Part shown: piece after piece, positions 45,081-55,641 of the stretch
How positions within the stretch are numbered: the first letter of the stretch is position 1
Layout of the letters: the number at the start of each line of letters is the position of its first letter
NCBI RefSeq assembly: GCF_055900595.2
Contig: NZ_CM148325.1
Length of the DNA stretch: 64,000 nucleotides
Direction: 5' to 3' (one strand)
Program-made: the position numbers and the translations under genes
The notes under the pieces: model-generated
The model's input: only the letters and a program-made list of their open reading frames with translations
Database searches by the model: none
What the model was told of the DNA's origin: nothing

Positions 45081-45158
45081 GTTGGAGTCATTACCTGCTT
45101 TTCTTATTAAATAATCTCCCTACAATCGCTGCATTAATTAAATGCAGAGGGAACGGTT

Positions 45159-45890
45159 ATGAAAAAATGGAAAGTACGTAGCGCGTTGGTGGCATTAATC
45201 GTGCTGCTGGCTGGTTGTTCCAGTAATGCGCAGTATAATAGCAGTGCATCAGGCAATGTCGGCACCGCCTGGGGTGGGGATGTGCACTCAACGGTTCAGG
45301 GCGTATCTGCTGAACGAGCCTGGCGCGATCCGGCAGAGATGATCGTTATTAGTTATTCGACTAATGTTCCTTCCGGCTACGACCGCGTTTATAGCATTCG
45401 TATTAACGAACTGGAATATGCTATTCGCGATGGTAATTTTAATTCTCTACCTATTACGCGGGTTTATGATTCATCCAATAATGAACCACGCTATATTGTC
45501 CATGCCAGAGTCGGAATGAATTATCAATTATATGTCCGTAATTACAGTCGTAACACCAACTACGAGATCGTTGCTACGGTTGATGGCCTGGATGTGCTGA
45601 ACGGCAAGCAAGGTTCGCTGAATAACAACGGTTATATTGTGAATGCCGGAGATTCGTTAGCGATTAAAGGATTCCGCAAAGATAAACATACCGAAGCGGC
45701 TTTTCAGTTCGCCAACGTTGCTGATTCCTACGCAGCCAATTCGGCGCAAGGCGATGTGCGTAATACCGGTGTAATCGGCTTTGCCGCCTTTGAATTACAA
45801 GGCCCGGCGAAAAACGCGCTGCCGCCGTGCTCTGGACAAGCCTTTCCGGCAGATAACAATGGCTATGCGCCGCCACCGTGTCGGAAATAG
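45159..45890 (+). CDS. Lipoprotein of unknown function (signal peptide with lipobox LLAGC)
   Basis: 243-aa ORF MKKWKVRSALVALIVLLAGCSSNAQ…; Asn/Tyr-rich mature region; sits between speA and speB. No family recalled. Confidence 0.65.
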   Translation: MKKWKVRSALVALIVLLAGCSSNAQYNSSASGNVGTAWGGDVHSTVQGVSAERAWRDPAEMIVISYSTNVPSGYDRVYSIRINELEYAIRDGNFNSLPITRVYDSSNNEPRYIVHARVGMNYQLYVRNYSRNTNYEIVATVDGLDVLNGKQGSLNNNGYIVNAGDSLAIKGFRKDKHTEAAFQFANVADSYAANSAQGDVRNTGVIGFAAFELQGPAKNALPPCSGQAFPADNNGYAPPPCRK

Positions 45891-45957
45891 CAACCTCGCT
45901 TGATGCCTCGCCCATTTAAGGCGATAATTAGCACAAACTTGTGTTTCACAAATCCAA

Positions 45958-45997
45958 CCCTTCCTCGTCGGGCCTAACGACGCGGAAGGGTTTTTTT
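45958..45997 (+). terminator. Rho-independent terminator downstream of the lipoprotein gene
   Basis: CCCTTCCTCGTCG-GGCCTAA-CGACGCGGAAGGG followed by TTTTTTT; 13-bp stem with one mismatch. Confidence 0.55.
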
Positions 45998-46025
45998 ATA
46001 TCGACTTTGTAATAGGAGTCCATCC

Positions 46026-46946
46026 ATGAGCACCTTAGGTCATCAATACGATAACTCACTGGTTTCCAACGCCTTTGGTTTTTTACGCCTGCCGATGAAC
46101 TTCCAGCCATATGACAGCGATGCTGACTGGGTGATTACTGGCGTGCCGTTCGATATGGCCACTTCTGGTCGTGCGGGTGGTCGCCACGGTCCGGCAGCGA
46201 TCCGTCAGGTTTCGACGAATCTGGCCTGGGAACACAATCGCTTCCCGTGGAATTTCGACATGCGTGAGCGCCTGAACGTCGTGGACTGCGGCGATCTGGT
46301 ATATGCCTTCGGAGATGCCCGTGAGATGAGCGAGAAGCTGCAGGCGCACGCCGAGAAGCTGCTGGCTGCCGGTAAGCGTATGCTCTCCTTCGGTGGTGAC
46401 CACTTTGTTACGCTGCCGCTGCTGCGCGCTCATGCGAAGCATTTCGGCAAAATGGCGTTGGTACACTTTGATGCCCACACCGATACCTACGCTAACGGTT
46501 GTGAATTTGACCACGGCACCATGTTCTATACCGCGCCGAAAGAAGGTCTGATCGACCCGAATCATTCTGTGCAGATTGGTATTCGTACCGAGTTTGATAA
46601 AGACAACGGCTTTACCGTGCTGGACGCCTGCCAGGTGAACGATCGCAGCGTGGATGACATTATCGCCCAGGTGAAACAGATTGTGGGTGATATGCCGGTT
46701 TACCTGACCTTTGATATCGACTGCCTGGATCCTGCTTTTGCACCAGGCACCGGTACGCCGGTAATTGGCGGCCTGACCTCCGATCGCGCCATTAAACTGG
46801 TACGCGGCTTGAAAGATCTCAACATCGTTGGGATGGACGTAGTGGAGGTGGCTCCGGCATACGATCAGTCGGAAATCACCGCTCTGGCTGCGGCGACGCT
46901 GGCGCTGGAGATGCTGTATATCCAGGCGGCGAAAAAGGGCGAGTAA
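46026..46946 (+). CDS. speB: Agmatinase (agmatine ureohydrolase)
   Basis: 306-aa ORF with arginase-fold motifs ([22 protein letters not shown]) matching E. coli SpeB. Confidence 0.95.
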   Translation: MSTLGHQYDNSLVSNAFGFLRLPMNFQPYDSDADWVITGVPFDMATSGRAGGRHGPAAIRQVSTNLAWEHNRFPWNFDMRERLNVVDCGDLVYAFGDAREMSEKLQAHAEKLLAAGKRMLSFGGDHFVTLPLLRAHAKHFGKMALVHFDAHTDTYANGCEFDHGTMFYTAPKEGLIDPNHSVQIGIRTEFDKDNGFTVLDACQVNDRSVDDIIAQVKQIVGDMPVYLTFDIDCLDPAFAPGTGTPVIGGLTSDRAIKLVRGLKDLNIVGMDVVEVAPAYDQSEITALAAATLALEMLYIQAAKKGE

Positions 46947-46974
46947 GCGCCAGATAAGAGGCGCGCGGGTGATG

Positions 46975-47135
<161 letters not shown>

Positions 47136-47149
47136 GGCACTACCTGGCT

Positions 47150-47908
47150 TTACTTAACTCCATCCGCGCTCATACGATCGCGAATATGCTGGGCGCGTTC
47201 GGCGGATGCAGGATGGTCGTCAAACATTGAGCTTTGGCGGCCTTCTTCCAGTTTCGCCAGTTTTTCAAAGCTGGTGGCAAGACCTGCCGGGCTGATACCG
47301 CGTTGGCGCAGCAAATCGTAGGAGTAATCATCGGCCTCTGATTCCTGACGTTGGGTAAATTGCGAATTGACTAGCTTTTCGCCCAGGTCTCCCAGTTGTG
47401 ATTGTGACAAACTGCCGACAATTCCGCCTGCAGAGGCCGCCGCAACGCGAATTGCGTTTGTACCAAGTGCTACCTGCATTCCTTTCTTCACATGGCCTAA
47501 TGCCACGTGCCCCATTTCGTGACCGAGCACCGCTTCGACTTCGTTATCCGTCATCATATCCATCAGCCCGCTATAGACGCGGATACAGCCGTTAGCCATT
47601 GCAAAGGCGTTCACATCCTTCGCCATATACACTTTGTAATTCACCGGCTGACCGTTGATGTTATCGCCTAACGCGCGAGAAATTGTCGTCAGACGTCTAG
47701 CATATTCGCTATTGGCTGGCGCAATCGTCGCTTTGCTGTCCATCTCCTGGCATGCCTGATCGCTCAGTTTTTTCACCTGCGCATCACTCAAACTGTAAGC
47801 CTGAAAAGCTTCCGCTCCTGATGAGAGCAGTCCACTGGAGTCCATATTCTGGCAACCGGTCAGCACCGTAGCCACGCTCATTGCTACCAATAAGGCGCGA
47901 ATTTTCAT
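47150..47908 (-). CDS. loiP: Periplasmic M48-family metalloprotease (lipoprotein)
   Basis: Start set at MKIRALLVAMSVATVLTGCQ (252 aa); HEMGH zinc motif; matches E. coli LoiP/YggG. Confidence 0.9.
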   Translation of the reverse strand: MKIRALLVAMSVATVLTGCQNMDSSGLLSSGAEAFQAYSLSDAQVKKLSDQACQEMDSKATIAPANSEYARRLTTISRALGDNINGQPVNYKVYMAKDVNAFAMANGCIRVYSGLMDMMTDNEVEAVLGHEMGHVALGHVKKGMQVALGTNAIRVAAASAGGIVGSLSQSQLGDLGEKLVNSQFTQRQESEADDYSYDLLRQRGISPAGLATSFEKLAKLEEGRQSSMFDDHPASAERAQHIRDRMSADGVK

Positions 47909-48185
47909 GTTTTCTCTTCCGCACAAGGTCAGGATTATTCTAAAAATGCGCCGTTTGCAGGTGAATCGACGCTCAGTCTCAGTATAAGGAAAAGCGCAGC
48001 GGACGGGCGAGTGGATTGCGCAACATGCGAGCATGATCCAGAGATTTCTGAAGCGGCAAAAGGATGTTCCATGTACATGACGAGCGGCTTGCGGTAAATT
48101 GTTGGCAAATTTTCCGGCGTAGCCCAAAACGCGCTGTCGTCAAGTCGTTAAGGGCGTGCCCTTCATCATCCGATCTGGAGTCAAA

Positions 48186-50177
48186 ATGTCCTCACGTAAA
48201 GAGCTTGCCAATGCTATTCGTGCGCTGAGCATGGACGCAGTACAGAAAGCCAAATCCGGTCACCCGGGTGCCCCTATGGGTATGGCTGACATTGCCGAAG
48301 TCCTGTGGCGTGATTTCCTGAAACACAACCCGCAGAATCCGTCCTGGGCTGACCGTGACCGCTTCGTGCTGTCCAACGGCCACGGCTCCATGCTGATCTA
48401 CAGCCTGCTGCACCTCACCGGTTACGATCTGCCGATGGAAGAACTGAAAAACTTCCGTCAGCTGCACTCTAAAACTCCGGGTCACCCGGAAGTGGGTTAC
48501 ACCGCAGGTGTAGAAACCACCACCGGTCCGCTGGGTCAGGGTATTGCCAACGCAGTCGGTATGGCGATTGCAGAAAAAACGCTGGCGGCGCAGTTTAACC
48601 GTCCGGGCCACGACATCGTCGACCACTACACCTACGCCTTCATGGGCGACGGCTGCATGATGGAAGGCATCTCCCACGAAGTTTGCTCTCTGGCGGGTAC
48701 GCTGAAGCTGGGTAAACTGATTGCGTTCTACGATGACAACGGTATTTCTATCGATGGTCACGTTGAAGGCTGGTTTACCGACGACACCGCAATGCGTTTC
48801 GAAGCTTACGGCTGGCACGTTATTCGCGATATCGACGGTCATGACGCGGCATCCATCAAACGCGCAGTAGAAGAAGCGCGCGCAGTGACTGACAAACCGT
48901 CCCTGCTGATGTGCAAAACCATCATCGGTTTCGGTTCCCCGAACAAAGCCGGTACCCACGACTCCCACGGTGCGCCGCTGGGCGACGCTGAAATTGCCCT
49001 GACCCGCGAACAGCTGGGCTGGAAATACGCGCCGTTCGAAATCCCGTCTGAAATCTATGCTCAGTGGGATGCGAAAGAAGCAGGCCAGGCGAAAGAATTC
49101 GCATGGAACGAGAAATTCGCTGCTTACGCGAAAGCTTATCCGCAGGAAGCTGCTGAATTTACCCGCCGTATGAAAGGCGAAATGCCGTCTGACTTCGATG
49201 CCAAAGCGAAAGAATTCATCGCTAAACTGCAGGCTAATCCGGCGAAAATCGCCAGCCGTAAAGCGTCTCAGAATGCGATTGAAGCGTTCGGCCCGCTGTT
49301 GCCGGAATTCCTCGGCGGCTCTGCTGACCTGGCACCGTCTAACCTGACCCTGTGGTCTGGTTCTAAAGCAATCAACGAAGATGCTGCGGGTAATTACATC
49401 CACTACGGTGTTCGCGAGTTCGGTATGACCGCGATTGCTAACGGTATCTCCCTGCACGGTGGCTTCCTGCCGTACACCTCCACCTTCCTGATGTTCGTGG
49501 AATACGCACGTAACGCCGTACGTATGGCTGCGCTGATGAAACAGCGTCAGGTGATGGTTTACACCCACGACTCCATCGGTCTGGGCGAAGATGGCCCGAC
49601 TCACCAGCCGGTAGAGCAGGTCGCTTCTCTGCGCGTGACCCCGAACATGTCCACATGGCGTCCGTGTGACCAGGTTGAATCCGCGGTCGCGTGGAAATAC
49701 GGCGTTGAGCGTCAGGACGGCCCGACTGCGCTTATCCTCTCCCGTCAGAACCTGGCGCAGCAGGAACGTACTGAAGAGCAGCTGGCAAACATCGCGCGCG
49801 GTGGTTATGTGCTGAAAGACTGTGCCGGTCAGCCGGAACTGATCTTCATCGCTACCGGTTCTGAAGTTGAACTGGCGGTTGCTGCCTACGAAAAACTGAC
49901 TGCTGAAGGCGTGAAAGCGCGCGTGGTTTCCATGCCGTCTACCGACGCATTCGACAAGCAGGATGCGGCTTACCGTGAGTCTGTACTGCCGAAAGCGGTT
50001 ACTGCACGCGTTGCGGTGGAAGCTGGCATTGCTGACTACTGGTACAAGTATGTTGGCCTGAACGGTGCTATCGTCGGCATGACCACCTTCGGTGAATCTG
50101 CTCCGGCAGAGCTGCTGTTTGAAGAGTTCGGCTTCACCGTTGACAACGTTGTTGCGAAAGCAAAAGAACTGCTGTAA
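48186..50177 (+). CDS. tktA: Transketolase 1
   Basis: Start set at [40 protein letters not shown] (663 aa) matching E. coli TktA. Confidence 0.95.
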   Translation: MSSRKELANAIRALSMDAVQKAKSGHPGAPMGMADIAEVLWRDFLKHNPQNPSWADRDRFVLSNGHGSMLIYSLLHLTGYDLPMEELKNFRQLHSKTPGHPEVGYTAGVETTTGPLGQGIANAVGMAIAEKTLAAQFNRPGHDIVDHYTYAFMGDGCMMEGISHEVCSLAGTLKLGKLIAFYDDNGISIDGHVEGWFTDDTAMRFEAYGWHVIRDIDGHDAASIKRAVEEARAVTDKPSLLMCKTIIGFGSPNKAGTHDSHGAPLGDAEIALTREQLGWKYAPFEIPSEIYAQWDAKEAGQAKEFAWNEKFAAYAKAYPQEAAEFTRRMKGEMPSDFDAKAKEFIAKLQANPAKIASRKASQNAIEAFGPLLPEFLGGSADLAPSNLTLWSGSKAINEDAAGNYIHYGVREFGMTAIANGISLHGGFLPYTSTFLMFVEYARNAVRMAALMKQRQVMVYTHDSIGLGEDGPTHQPVEQVASLRVTPNMSTWRPCDQVESAVAWKYGVERQDGPTALILSRQNLAQQERTEEQLANIARGGYVLKDCAGQPELIFIATGSEVELAVAAYEKLTAEGVKARVVSMPSTDAFDKQDAAYRESVLPKAVTARVAVEAGIADYWYKYVGLNGAIVGMTTFGESAPAELLFEEFGFTVDNVVAKAKELL

Positions 50178-50196
50178 TCGGTAAGATGCTTTGTGA

Positions 50197-50225
50197 GAAG
50201 GGCCGCGAAAGCGGCCCTTTTTTTA
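50197..50225. terminator. Bidirectional rho-independent terminator between tktA and the convergent SPFH gene
   Basis: GAAGGGCCGC-GAAA-GCGGCCCTTTTTTT hairpin. Confidence 0.55.
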
Positions 50226-51131
50226 CTTAGTAGAGATAAACGGAACTGTACTGCCGGGGATCATGGTATCGGGTAGCTTACCGTCCCAACGCTCAGCAGT
50301 GGTGAGGGCAACAAGTCCGGGATTATCCCGCAGAGCTTCACCGCGCAGGCGGATCGCTTCTGCTTCAGCCGCACTTTTTAAACGAATAGTTTCAGCCTCT
50401 GCCGCGCCTCTTACGCGAATAGTCTCAGCTTCTGCTTTGGCTGCCGCCAGTTTACTGTCTGCTTCTGCCTGGGCCTGAGTTACCGCTATTTGCGCCTGGA
50501 TTTTCTCTGTTTCCAGATTTTGCTTACGTGTGGCAATGGCGACTTCTGCTTTCATTCGATCTTCAATCGATTTTTCATAAGCGTCAGAAAAATCAATATT
50601 TTCAATCTGGACACCATCAATCACCACCGGGCCAACAACGGCTTTACGCATTGCATTTTGCAGATCCTGAACCAGTTTTGTACGATCCTGTACCGCGCTG
50701 ATGGCGGTATATTGGCCGAAAACGTTCTCCAGTTGAGTTGGCAACTGACGGACAATCAGACGATCTTTTAATGCTTCAATGGTGTTGTAGGTGGTATAAA
50801 CCGCGCCTGCTTCTGAAGGTTTAATGTGGAAGCTGACTGATACTGTCATTTGTGCCGGTTGCTGGTCGCGGCTGTAGGCCTGTAATCCCTGATAAACCAC
50901 AGCCTGATTACGCGTGGAAATTTTCTCTACGCTTTCCATAAAAGGGATCTTAAAACCCAGACCCGGCTCGGCAACTTTTACGATTTTTCCGTAGCGCAGC
51001 AAAATGCCGCGTTCACCTTCATTAACGGTGTAATACGAGAGAAATGGCAGCACAACCACGGTAATCACGCCAATGGCGATAGCAATAGATTTTTGTGGGC
51101 GAAATGAGGTTATTGAAACAGGTGCTTTCAT
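50223..51131 (-). CDS. SPFH/band-7 (prohibitin/flotillin-like) membrane protein with C-terminal Ala/Glu-rich coiled-coil repeats
   Basis: 302-aa ORF with N-terminal TM helix, SPFH core (YTVNEGERGILLRYGKI…) and repetitive tail (AEAETIRVRGAAEAETIRLKSAAEAEAIRLRGEA). Confidence 0.7.
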   Translation of the reverse strand: MKAPVSITSFRPQKSIAIAIGVITVVVLPFLSYYTVNEGERGILLRYGKIVKVAEPGLGFKIPFMESVEKISTRNQAVVYQGLQAYSRDQQPAQMTVSVSFHIKPSEAGAVYTTYNTIEALKDRLIVRQLPTQLENVFGQYTAISAVQDRTKLVQDLQNAMRKAVVGPVVIDGVQIENIDFSDAYEKSIEDRMKAEVAIATRKQNLETEKIQAQIAVTQAQAEADSKLAAAKAEAETIRVRGAAEAETIRLKSAAEAEAIRLRGEALRDNPGLVALTTAERWDGKLPDTMIPGSTVPFISTK

Positions 51132-51506
51132 GAGAATCTTCCTTGAGTAAAGCGTGGGAATATGTCACATGAGGTGAGGAGAAAACAGCCAACAGGTGAG
51201 AATTCAGAATCTATAAAGGGGGAGAGCGAAAAACATCGGCTAAAAAAGTATGTTTTCGAACATTCAATAGATAAATAGAGATATGCATCACAAATACATA
51301 GGCAGATAAAACATTGGTTTTGTGATAAACATAGCAAACACAAACTTGACTTTATAAGTATAAATTTCATGTTGTTGTTATTTAACATTTTATTATTTTG
51401 GTTCATGTTTTTTTTCTTCTCGCGTGCCCAATTGCTTTCATTAAATCGCACGAGTATTTTATTTTTACCGCCGGACGGTACCCTAAAAATAAAATAAGGA
51501 TAATTT

Positions 51507-51950
51507 ATGCGGCTTATTGATTATTTTCCAGAATCATCAATCTCAGTTATACATTCAGCAAAAGATTGGCAGGAAGCTATCAATTTCTCGATGGCATCAT
51601 TGCTGGATAAAAACTATATCAGCGAGAATTACATTCAGGCTATTAAAGATTCCACCATTAACAATGGCCCTTATTATATTCTCGCACCAGGCGTGGCAAT
51701 GCCTCATGCGCGACCGGAATGTGGGGCGCTTAAAACCGGGATGTCTTTGACGTTACTTAAACCAGGCGTTTATTTTCCGGGGAATGACGAACCGATTAAA
51801 TTACTTATCGGTCTTTCTGCTGCCGATGCCGATTCGCACATTGGTGCTATTCAGGCGTTAAGTGAATTGCTGTGCGAAGAAGAAATACTTGAACAACTCT
51901 TAACTGCAACATCAGAAAAACAATTAGCGGACATTATCAGCCGCGAATAA
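51507..51950 (+). CDS. cmtB: Cryptic mannitol-type PTS EIIA component
   Basis: 147-aa ORF matching E. coli CmtB. Confidence 0.9.
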   Translation: MRLIDYFPESSISVIHSAKDWQEAINFSMASLLDKNYISENYIQAIKDSTINNGPYYILAPGVAMPHARPECGALKTGMSLTLLKPGVYFPGNDEPIKLLIGLSAADADSHIGAIQALSELLCEEEILEQLLTATSEKQLADIISRE

Positions 51951-51977
51951 TGACTCTCTCCTCTACAGGATAATATT

Positions 51978-53366
51978 ATGGAAAACAAGTCTGCTCGTGC
52001 AAAGGTCCAGGCTTTTGGGGGCTTTTTGACGGCAATGGTCATCCCCAATATTGGTGCTTTTATTGCCTGGGGTTTTATTACTGCATTATTTATTCCTACT
52101 GGTTGGCTGCCTAACGAACATTTCGCCAAAATTGTCGGCCCGATGATTACCTATTTATTGCCCGTAATGATTGGTTCTACCGGTGGCCATTTAGTCGGCG
52201 GTAAACGCGGCGCAGTCATGGGCGGAATAGGGACAATTGGTGTAATCGTCGGCGCAGAAATCCCGATGTTCCTTGGTTCAATGATCATGGGACCGTTAGG
52301 TGGGCTGGTCATAAAATATGTCGATAAGGCACTGGAAAAACGCATACCTGCTGGTTTTGAGATGGTTATCAATAACTTCTCATTAGGTATCACCGGGATG
52401 CTCCTTTGTCTGCTGGGTTTTGAAGTAATCGGCCCGGCGGTGTTAATTGCCAATACTTTCGTCAAAGAGTGTATTGAGGCGCTGGTACATGCGGGCTATC
52501 TGCCTTTGCTGTCAGTCATCAATGAACCGGCGAAAGTGCTTTTCCTCAATAACGCGATAGATCAGGGCGTCTATTACCCGTTGGGGATGCAACAGGCTTC
52601 AGTTAACGGTAAATCCATCTTCTTTATGGTGGCGTCCAACCCTGGGCCTGGCTTAGGACTGCTGTTGGCGTTTACTTTGTTTGGTAAAGGGATGAGTAAA
52701 CGTTCTGCGCCCGGGGCGATGATTATTCACTTCCTCGGTGGGATCCACGAACTGTATTTCCCGTATGTGCTGATGAAGCCGCTGACCATTATTGCCATGA
52801 TTGCCGGCGGTATGTCTGGCACCTGGATGTTTAACTTACTGGACGGTGGTCTGGTGGCTGGTCCAAGTCCGGGGTCTATCTTTGCTTACCTTGCACTGAC
52901 GCCGAAAGGCTCGTTCCTGGCGACAATTGCCGGTGTTACGGTAGGTACCCTGGTGTCCTTTGCTATCACTTCCGTAATACTGAAGATGGAAAAAACGGTG
53001 GAAACGGAGAGCGAAGATGAGTTTGTGCAGTCCGCCAATGCGGTTAAGGCGATGAAACAAGAAGGTACATTCTCGTTAAGCCGGGTTAAGCGTATCGCCT
53101 TTGTTTGCGATGCGGGAATGGGCTCCAGCGCGATGGGCGCAACCACCTTCCGTAAGCGCCTGGAAAAAGCGGGGCTGGCAATAGAAGTAAAACATTACGC
53201 GATAGAAAACGTGCCTGCAGATGTGGATATCGTCGTTACTCACGCTAGTCTGGAAGGGCGCGTGAAACGTGTGACGGATAAACCGCTGATATTGATTAAT
53301 AACTATATTGGCGATCCCAAACTCGACACTTTATTTAATCAATTAACCGCTGAACATAAAAACTGA
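51978..53366 (+). CDS. cmtA: Cryptic mannitol-type PTS EIICB component
   Basis: 462-aa ORF with polytopic EIIC domain and C-terminal EIIB (FVCDAGMGSSAMGA) matching E. coli CmtA. Confidence 0.9.
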   Translation: MENKSARAKVQAFGGFLTAMVIPNIGAFIAWGFITALFIPTGWLPNEHFAKIVGPMITYLLPVMIGSTGGHLVGGKRGAVMGGIGTIGVIVGAEIPMFLGSMIMGPLGGLVIKYVDKALEKRIPAGFEMVINNFSLGITGMLLCLLGFEVIGPAVLIANTFVKECIEALVHAGYLPLLSVINEPAKVLFLNNAIDQGVYYPLGMQQASVNGKSIFFMVASNPGPGLGLLLAFTLFGKGMSKRSAPGAMIIHFLGGIHELYFPYVLMKPLTIIAMIAGGMSGTWMFNLLDGGLVAGPSPGSIFAYLALTPKGSFLATIAGVTVGTLVSFAITSVILKMEKTVETESEDEFVQSANAVKAMKQEGTFSLSRVKRIAFVCDAGMGSSAMGATTFRKRLEKAGLAIEVKHYAIENVPADVDIVVTHASLEGRVKRVTDKPLILINNYIGDPKLDTLFNQLTAEHKN

Positions 53367-53380
53367 TTGCCGAGGTAAAA

Positions 53381-54658
53381 ATGAAAACCAAAGTTGCTGC
53401 TATTTATGGCAAGCGGGATGTCCGTCTGCGCGAATTTGAACTGCCCGAAATTACCGATAATGAACTGCTGGTGAGTGTAATTTCTGACAGTGTGTGTTTA
53501 TCGACCTGGAAAGCGGCGTTACTCGGTAGCGAACATAAACGGGTGCCCGACGATTTAGAAAATCATCCGGTCATTACCGGGCATGAATGTGCCGGGATTA
53601 TTGTTGAAGTGGGGAAAAATCTTACCGACAAATATAAAAAAGGCCAACGTTTTGTATTGCAACCGGCGATGGGGCTACCAAGCGGGTATTCTGCGGGATA
53701 CAGCTACGAATATTTTGGCGGTAATGCTACCTATATGATTATTCCGGAGATCGCCATTAACCTGGGCTGCGTATTACCGTATCACGGATCTTATTTTGCT
53801 GCGGCGTCTCTGGCAGAGCCGATGTGCTGCATTATTGGCGCTTATCATGCCAATTATCACACCACGCAATATGTTTATGAGCATCGCATGGGCGTGAAAC
53901 CTGGTGGCAATATTGCGCTGCTGGCGTGTGCTGGCCCGATGGGGATAGGCGCTATCGATTACGCTATTAACGGCGGCATACAACCGTCGCGGGTAGTGGT
54001 GGTCGATATCGACGACAAACGCCTGGCACAGGTGCAGAAGCTGCTGCCGGTGGAGCTGGCGGCCAGCAAAGGCATTGAGCTGATATATGTGAATACCAAA
54101 GGAATGGCCGATCCGGTACAGAAGCTGCGGGCGCTGACAGGAGATGCTGGGTTCGATGACATTTTTGTTTATGCGGCGGTGCCTGCTGTCGTTGAGATGG
54201 CTGACGAATTACTGGCGGAAGATGGCTGCCTGAACTTCTTTGCCGGGCCGACGGATAAAAACTTCAAAGTGCCGTTTAATTTCTACAACGTCCATTACAA
54301 CAGCACGCACGTCGTCGGTACATCGGGTGGTTCAACGGACGATATGAAAGAGGCGATTGCCCTGAGCGCCACGGGGCAGTTGCAACCGTCGTTTATGGTG
54401 ACGCATATCGGTGGCCTGGATGCAGTGCCAGAAACCGTTCTCAATTTACCGGATATCCCCGGTGGTAAAAAACTCATTTACAACGGCGTTACCATGCCGC
54501 TCACCGCCATTGCCGATTTTGCCGAAAAAGGTAAAACAGATCCGCTGTTTAAAGAGCTTGCGCGGCTGGTTGAGGAAACGCACGGCATCTGGAATGAACA
54601 GGCCGAGAAATATCTGCTGGCGCAATTTGGCGTTGATATCGGGGAGGCCGCGCAATGA
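53381..54658 (+). CDS. yggP: Zinc-type alcohol-dehydrogenase-like protein
   Basis: 425-aa ORF matching E. coli YggP; MDR-family fold. Confidence 0.85.
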   Translation: MKTKVAAIYGKRDVRLREFELPEITDNELLVSVISDSVCLSTWKAALLGSEHKRVPDDLENHPVITGHECAGIIVEVGKNLTDKYKKGQRFVLQPAMGLPSGYSAGYSYEYFGGNATYMIIPEIAINLGCVLPYHGSYFAAASLAEPMCCIIGAYHANYHTTQYVYEHRMGVKPGGNIALLACAGPMGIGAIDYAINGGIQPSRVVVVDIDDKRLAQVQKLLPVELAASKGIELIYVNTKGMADPVQKLRALTGDAGFDDIFVYAAVPAVVEMADELLAEDGCLNFFAGPTDKNFKVPFNFYNVHYNSTHVVGTSGGSTDDMKEAIALSATGQLQPSFMVTHIGGLDAVPETVLNLPDIPGGKKLIYNGVTMPLTAIADFAEKGKTDPLFKELARLVEETHGIWNEQAEKYLLAQFGVDIGEAAQ

Positions 54659-55620
54659 TGTCCCTGGCGTGGCCATTATTTCGCGTTACGGAGCAGGCAG
54701 CGTTGGCTGCCTGGCCGCAAACCGGATGTGGCAACAAAAATAAAATTGATGGCCTGGCGGTCACCGCGATGCGCCAGGCATTAAACGATGTCGCTTTTCG
54801 TGGGCGAGTGGTCATCGGCGAGGGAGAAATTGACCATGCGCCGATGCTGTGGATTGGCGAAGAGGTGGGCAAAGGCGATGGGCCAGAAGTCGATATCGCG
54901 GTTGACCCGATTGAAGGCACGCGGATGGTGGCGATGGGGCAGAGCAATGCGCTGGCGGTAATGGCTTTCGCCCCACGAGGCAGCCTGTTACACGCGCCCG
55001 ATATGTATATGAAAAAGCTGGTCGTTAATCGGCTGGCGGCGGGCGCGATTGATCTGGCGTTACCCCTGGCGGACAACTTGCGCAATGTGGCGAAAGCGTT
55101 AGGCAAACCGCTGGACCAGCTACGTATGGTTACGCTGGATAAACCGCGCCTGAGAGCCGCAATTGAGGAAGCGACACAACTGGGCGTGAAGGTTTTTGCC
55201 CTGCCAGATGGCGATGTCGCCGCCAGCGTGCTGACCTGCTGGCAGGATAATCCTTACGACGTGATGTACACCATCGGCGGCGCGCCGGAAGGAGTTATTT
55301 CTGCCTGTGCTGTTAAAGCATTGGGTGGGGATATGCAGGCCGAGCTGATTGATTTTTGTCAGGCCAAAGGGGATTACACGGAAAATCGGCAGATTGCAGA
55401 ACAGGAACGCCAGCGTTGCAAGGCAATGGGCGTTGACGTTAACCGTGTGTACTCGCTCGATGAACTGGTGAGGGGGAACGATATCCTCTTTAGCGCTACG
55501 GGCGTGACGGGCGGCGAGTTGGTGAATGGTATCCAACAGACGGCGAATGGGGTGCGGACGCAGACATTACTGATCGGCGGCGCGGACCAAACGTGTAATA
55601 TAATAAACTCCCTGCATTGA
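54655..55620 (+). CDS. yggF: Fructose-1,6-bisphosphatase class II (GlpX-like)
   Basis: 321-aa ORF matching E. coli YggF; start overlaps the yggP stop. Confidence 0.85.
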   Translation: MMSLAWPLFRVTEQAALAAWPQTGCGNKNKIDGLAVTAMRQALNDVAFRGRVVIGEGEIDHAPMLWIGEEVGKGDGPEVDIAVDPIEGTRMVAMGQSNALAVMAFAPRGSLLHAPDMYMKKLVVNRLAAGAIDLALPLADNLRNVAKALGKPLDQLRMVTLDKPRLRAAIEEATQLGVKVFALPDGDVAASVLTCWQDNPYDVMYTIGGAPEGVISACAVKALGGDMQAELIDFCQAKGDYTENRQIAEQERQRCKAMGVDVNRVYSLDELVRGNDILFSATGVTGGELVNGIQQTANGVRTQTLLIGGADQTCNIINSLH

Positions 55621-55641
55621 TGGTGATCTATCGGAAGACGA

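Larger units (their letters stand above)
44328..45095 (+). mobile_element. IS1 insertion sequence (768 bp) flanked by a perfect 9-bp target-site duplication TGCTTTTCT (44319-44327 and 45096-45104)
   Basis: Left end GGTGATGCTGCCAACTTACTGATTTAGTGTATGATGGTGTTTTTGAGGTGCTCCAGTGG and right end …ACATAAAACACTATCAATAAGTTGGAGTCATTACC are canonical IS1 termini; identical 9-mers abut both ends. Confidence 0.9.

Noticed and set aside
44328-45890. IS1 plus adjacent lipoprotein gene as a composite transposon
   Set aside because: Only one IS1 copy is present, and its own 9-bp target duplication is intact on both sides, so the IS inserted alone; the lipoprotein gene lies outside the duplicated target.
48192-49604. 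470-aa antisense ORF lying entirely inside tktA
   Set aside because: Opposite-strand shadow ORF of a highly expressed, well-conserved gene; arginine- and valine-rich, low-complexity translation typical of antisense reading of GC-rich coding DNA.
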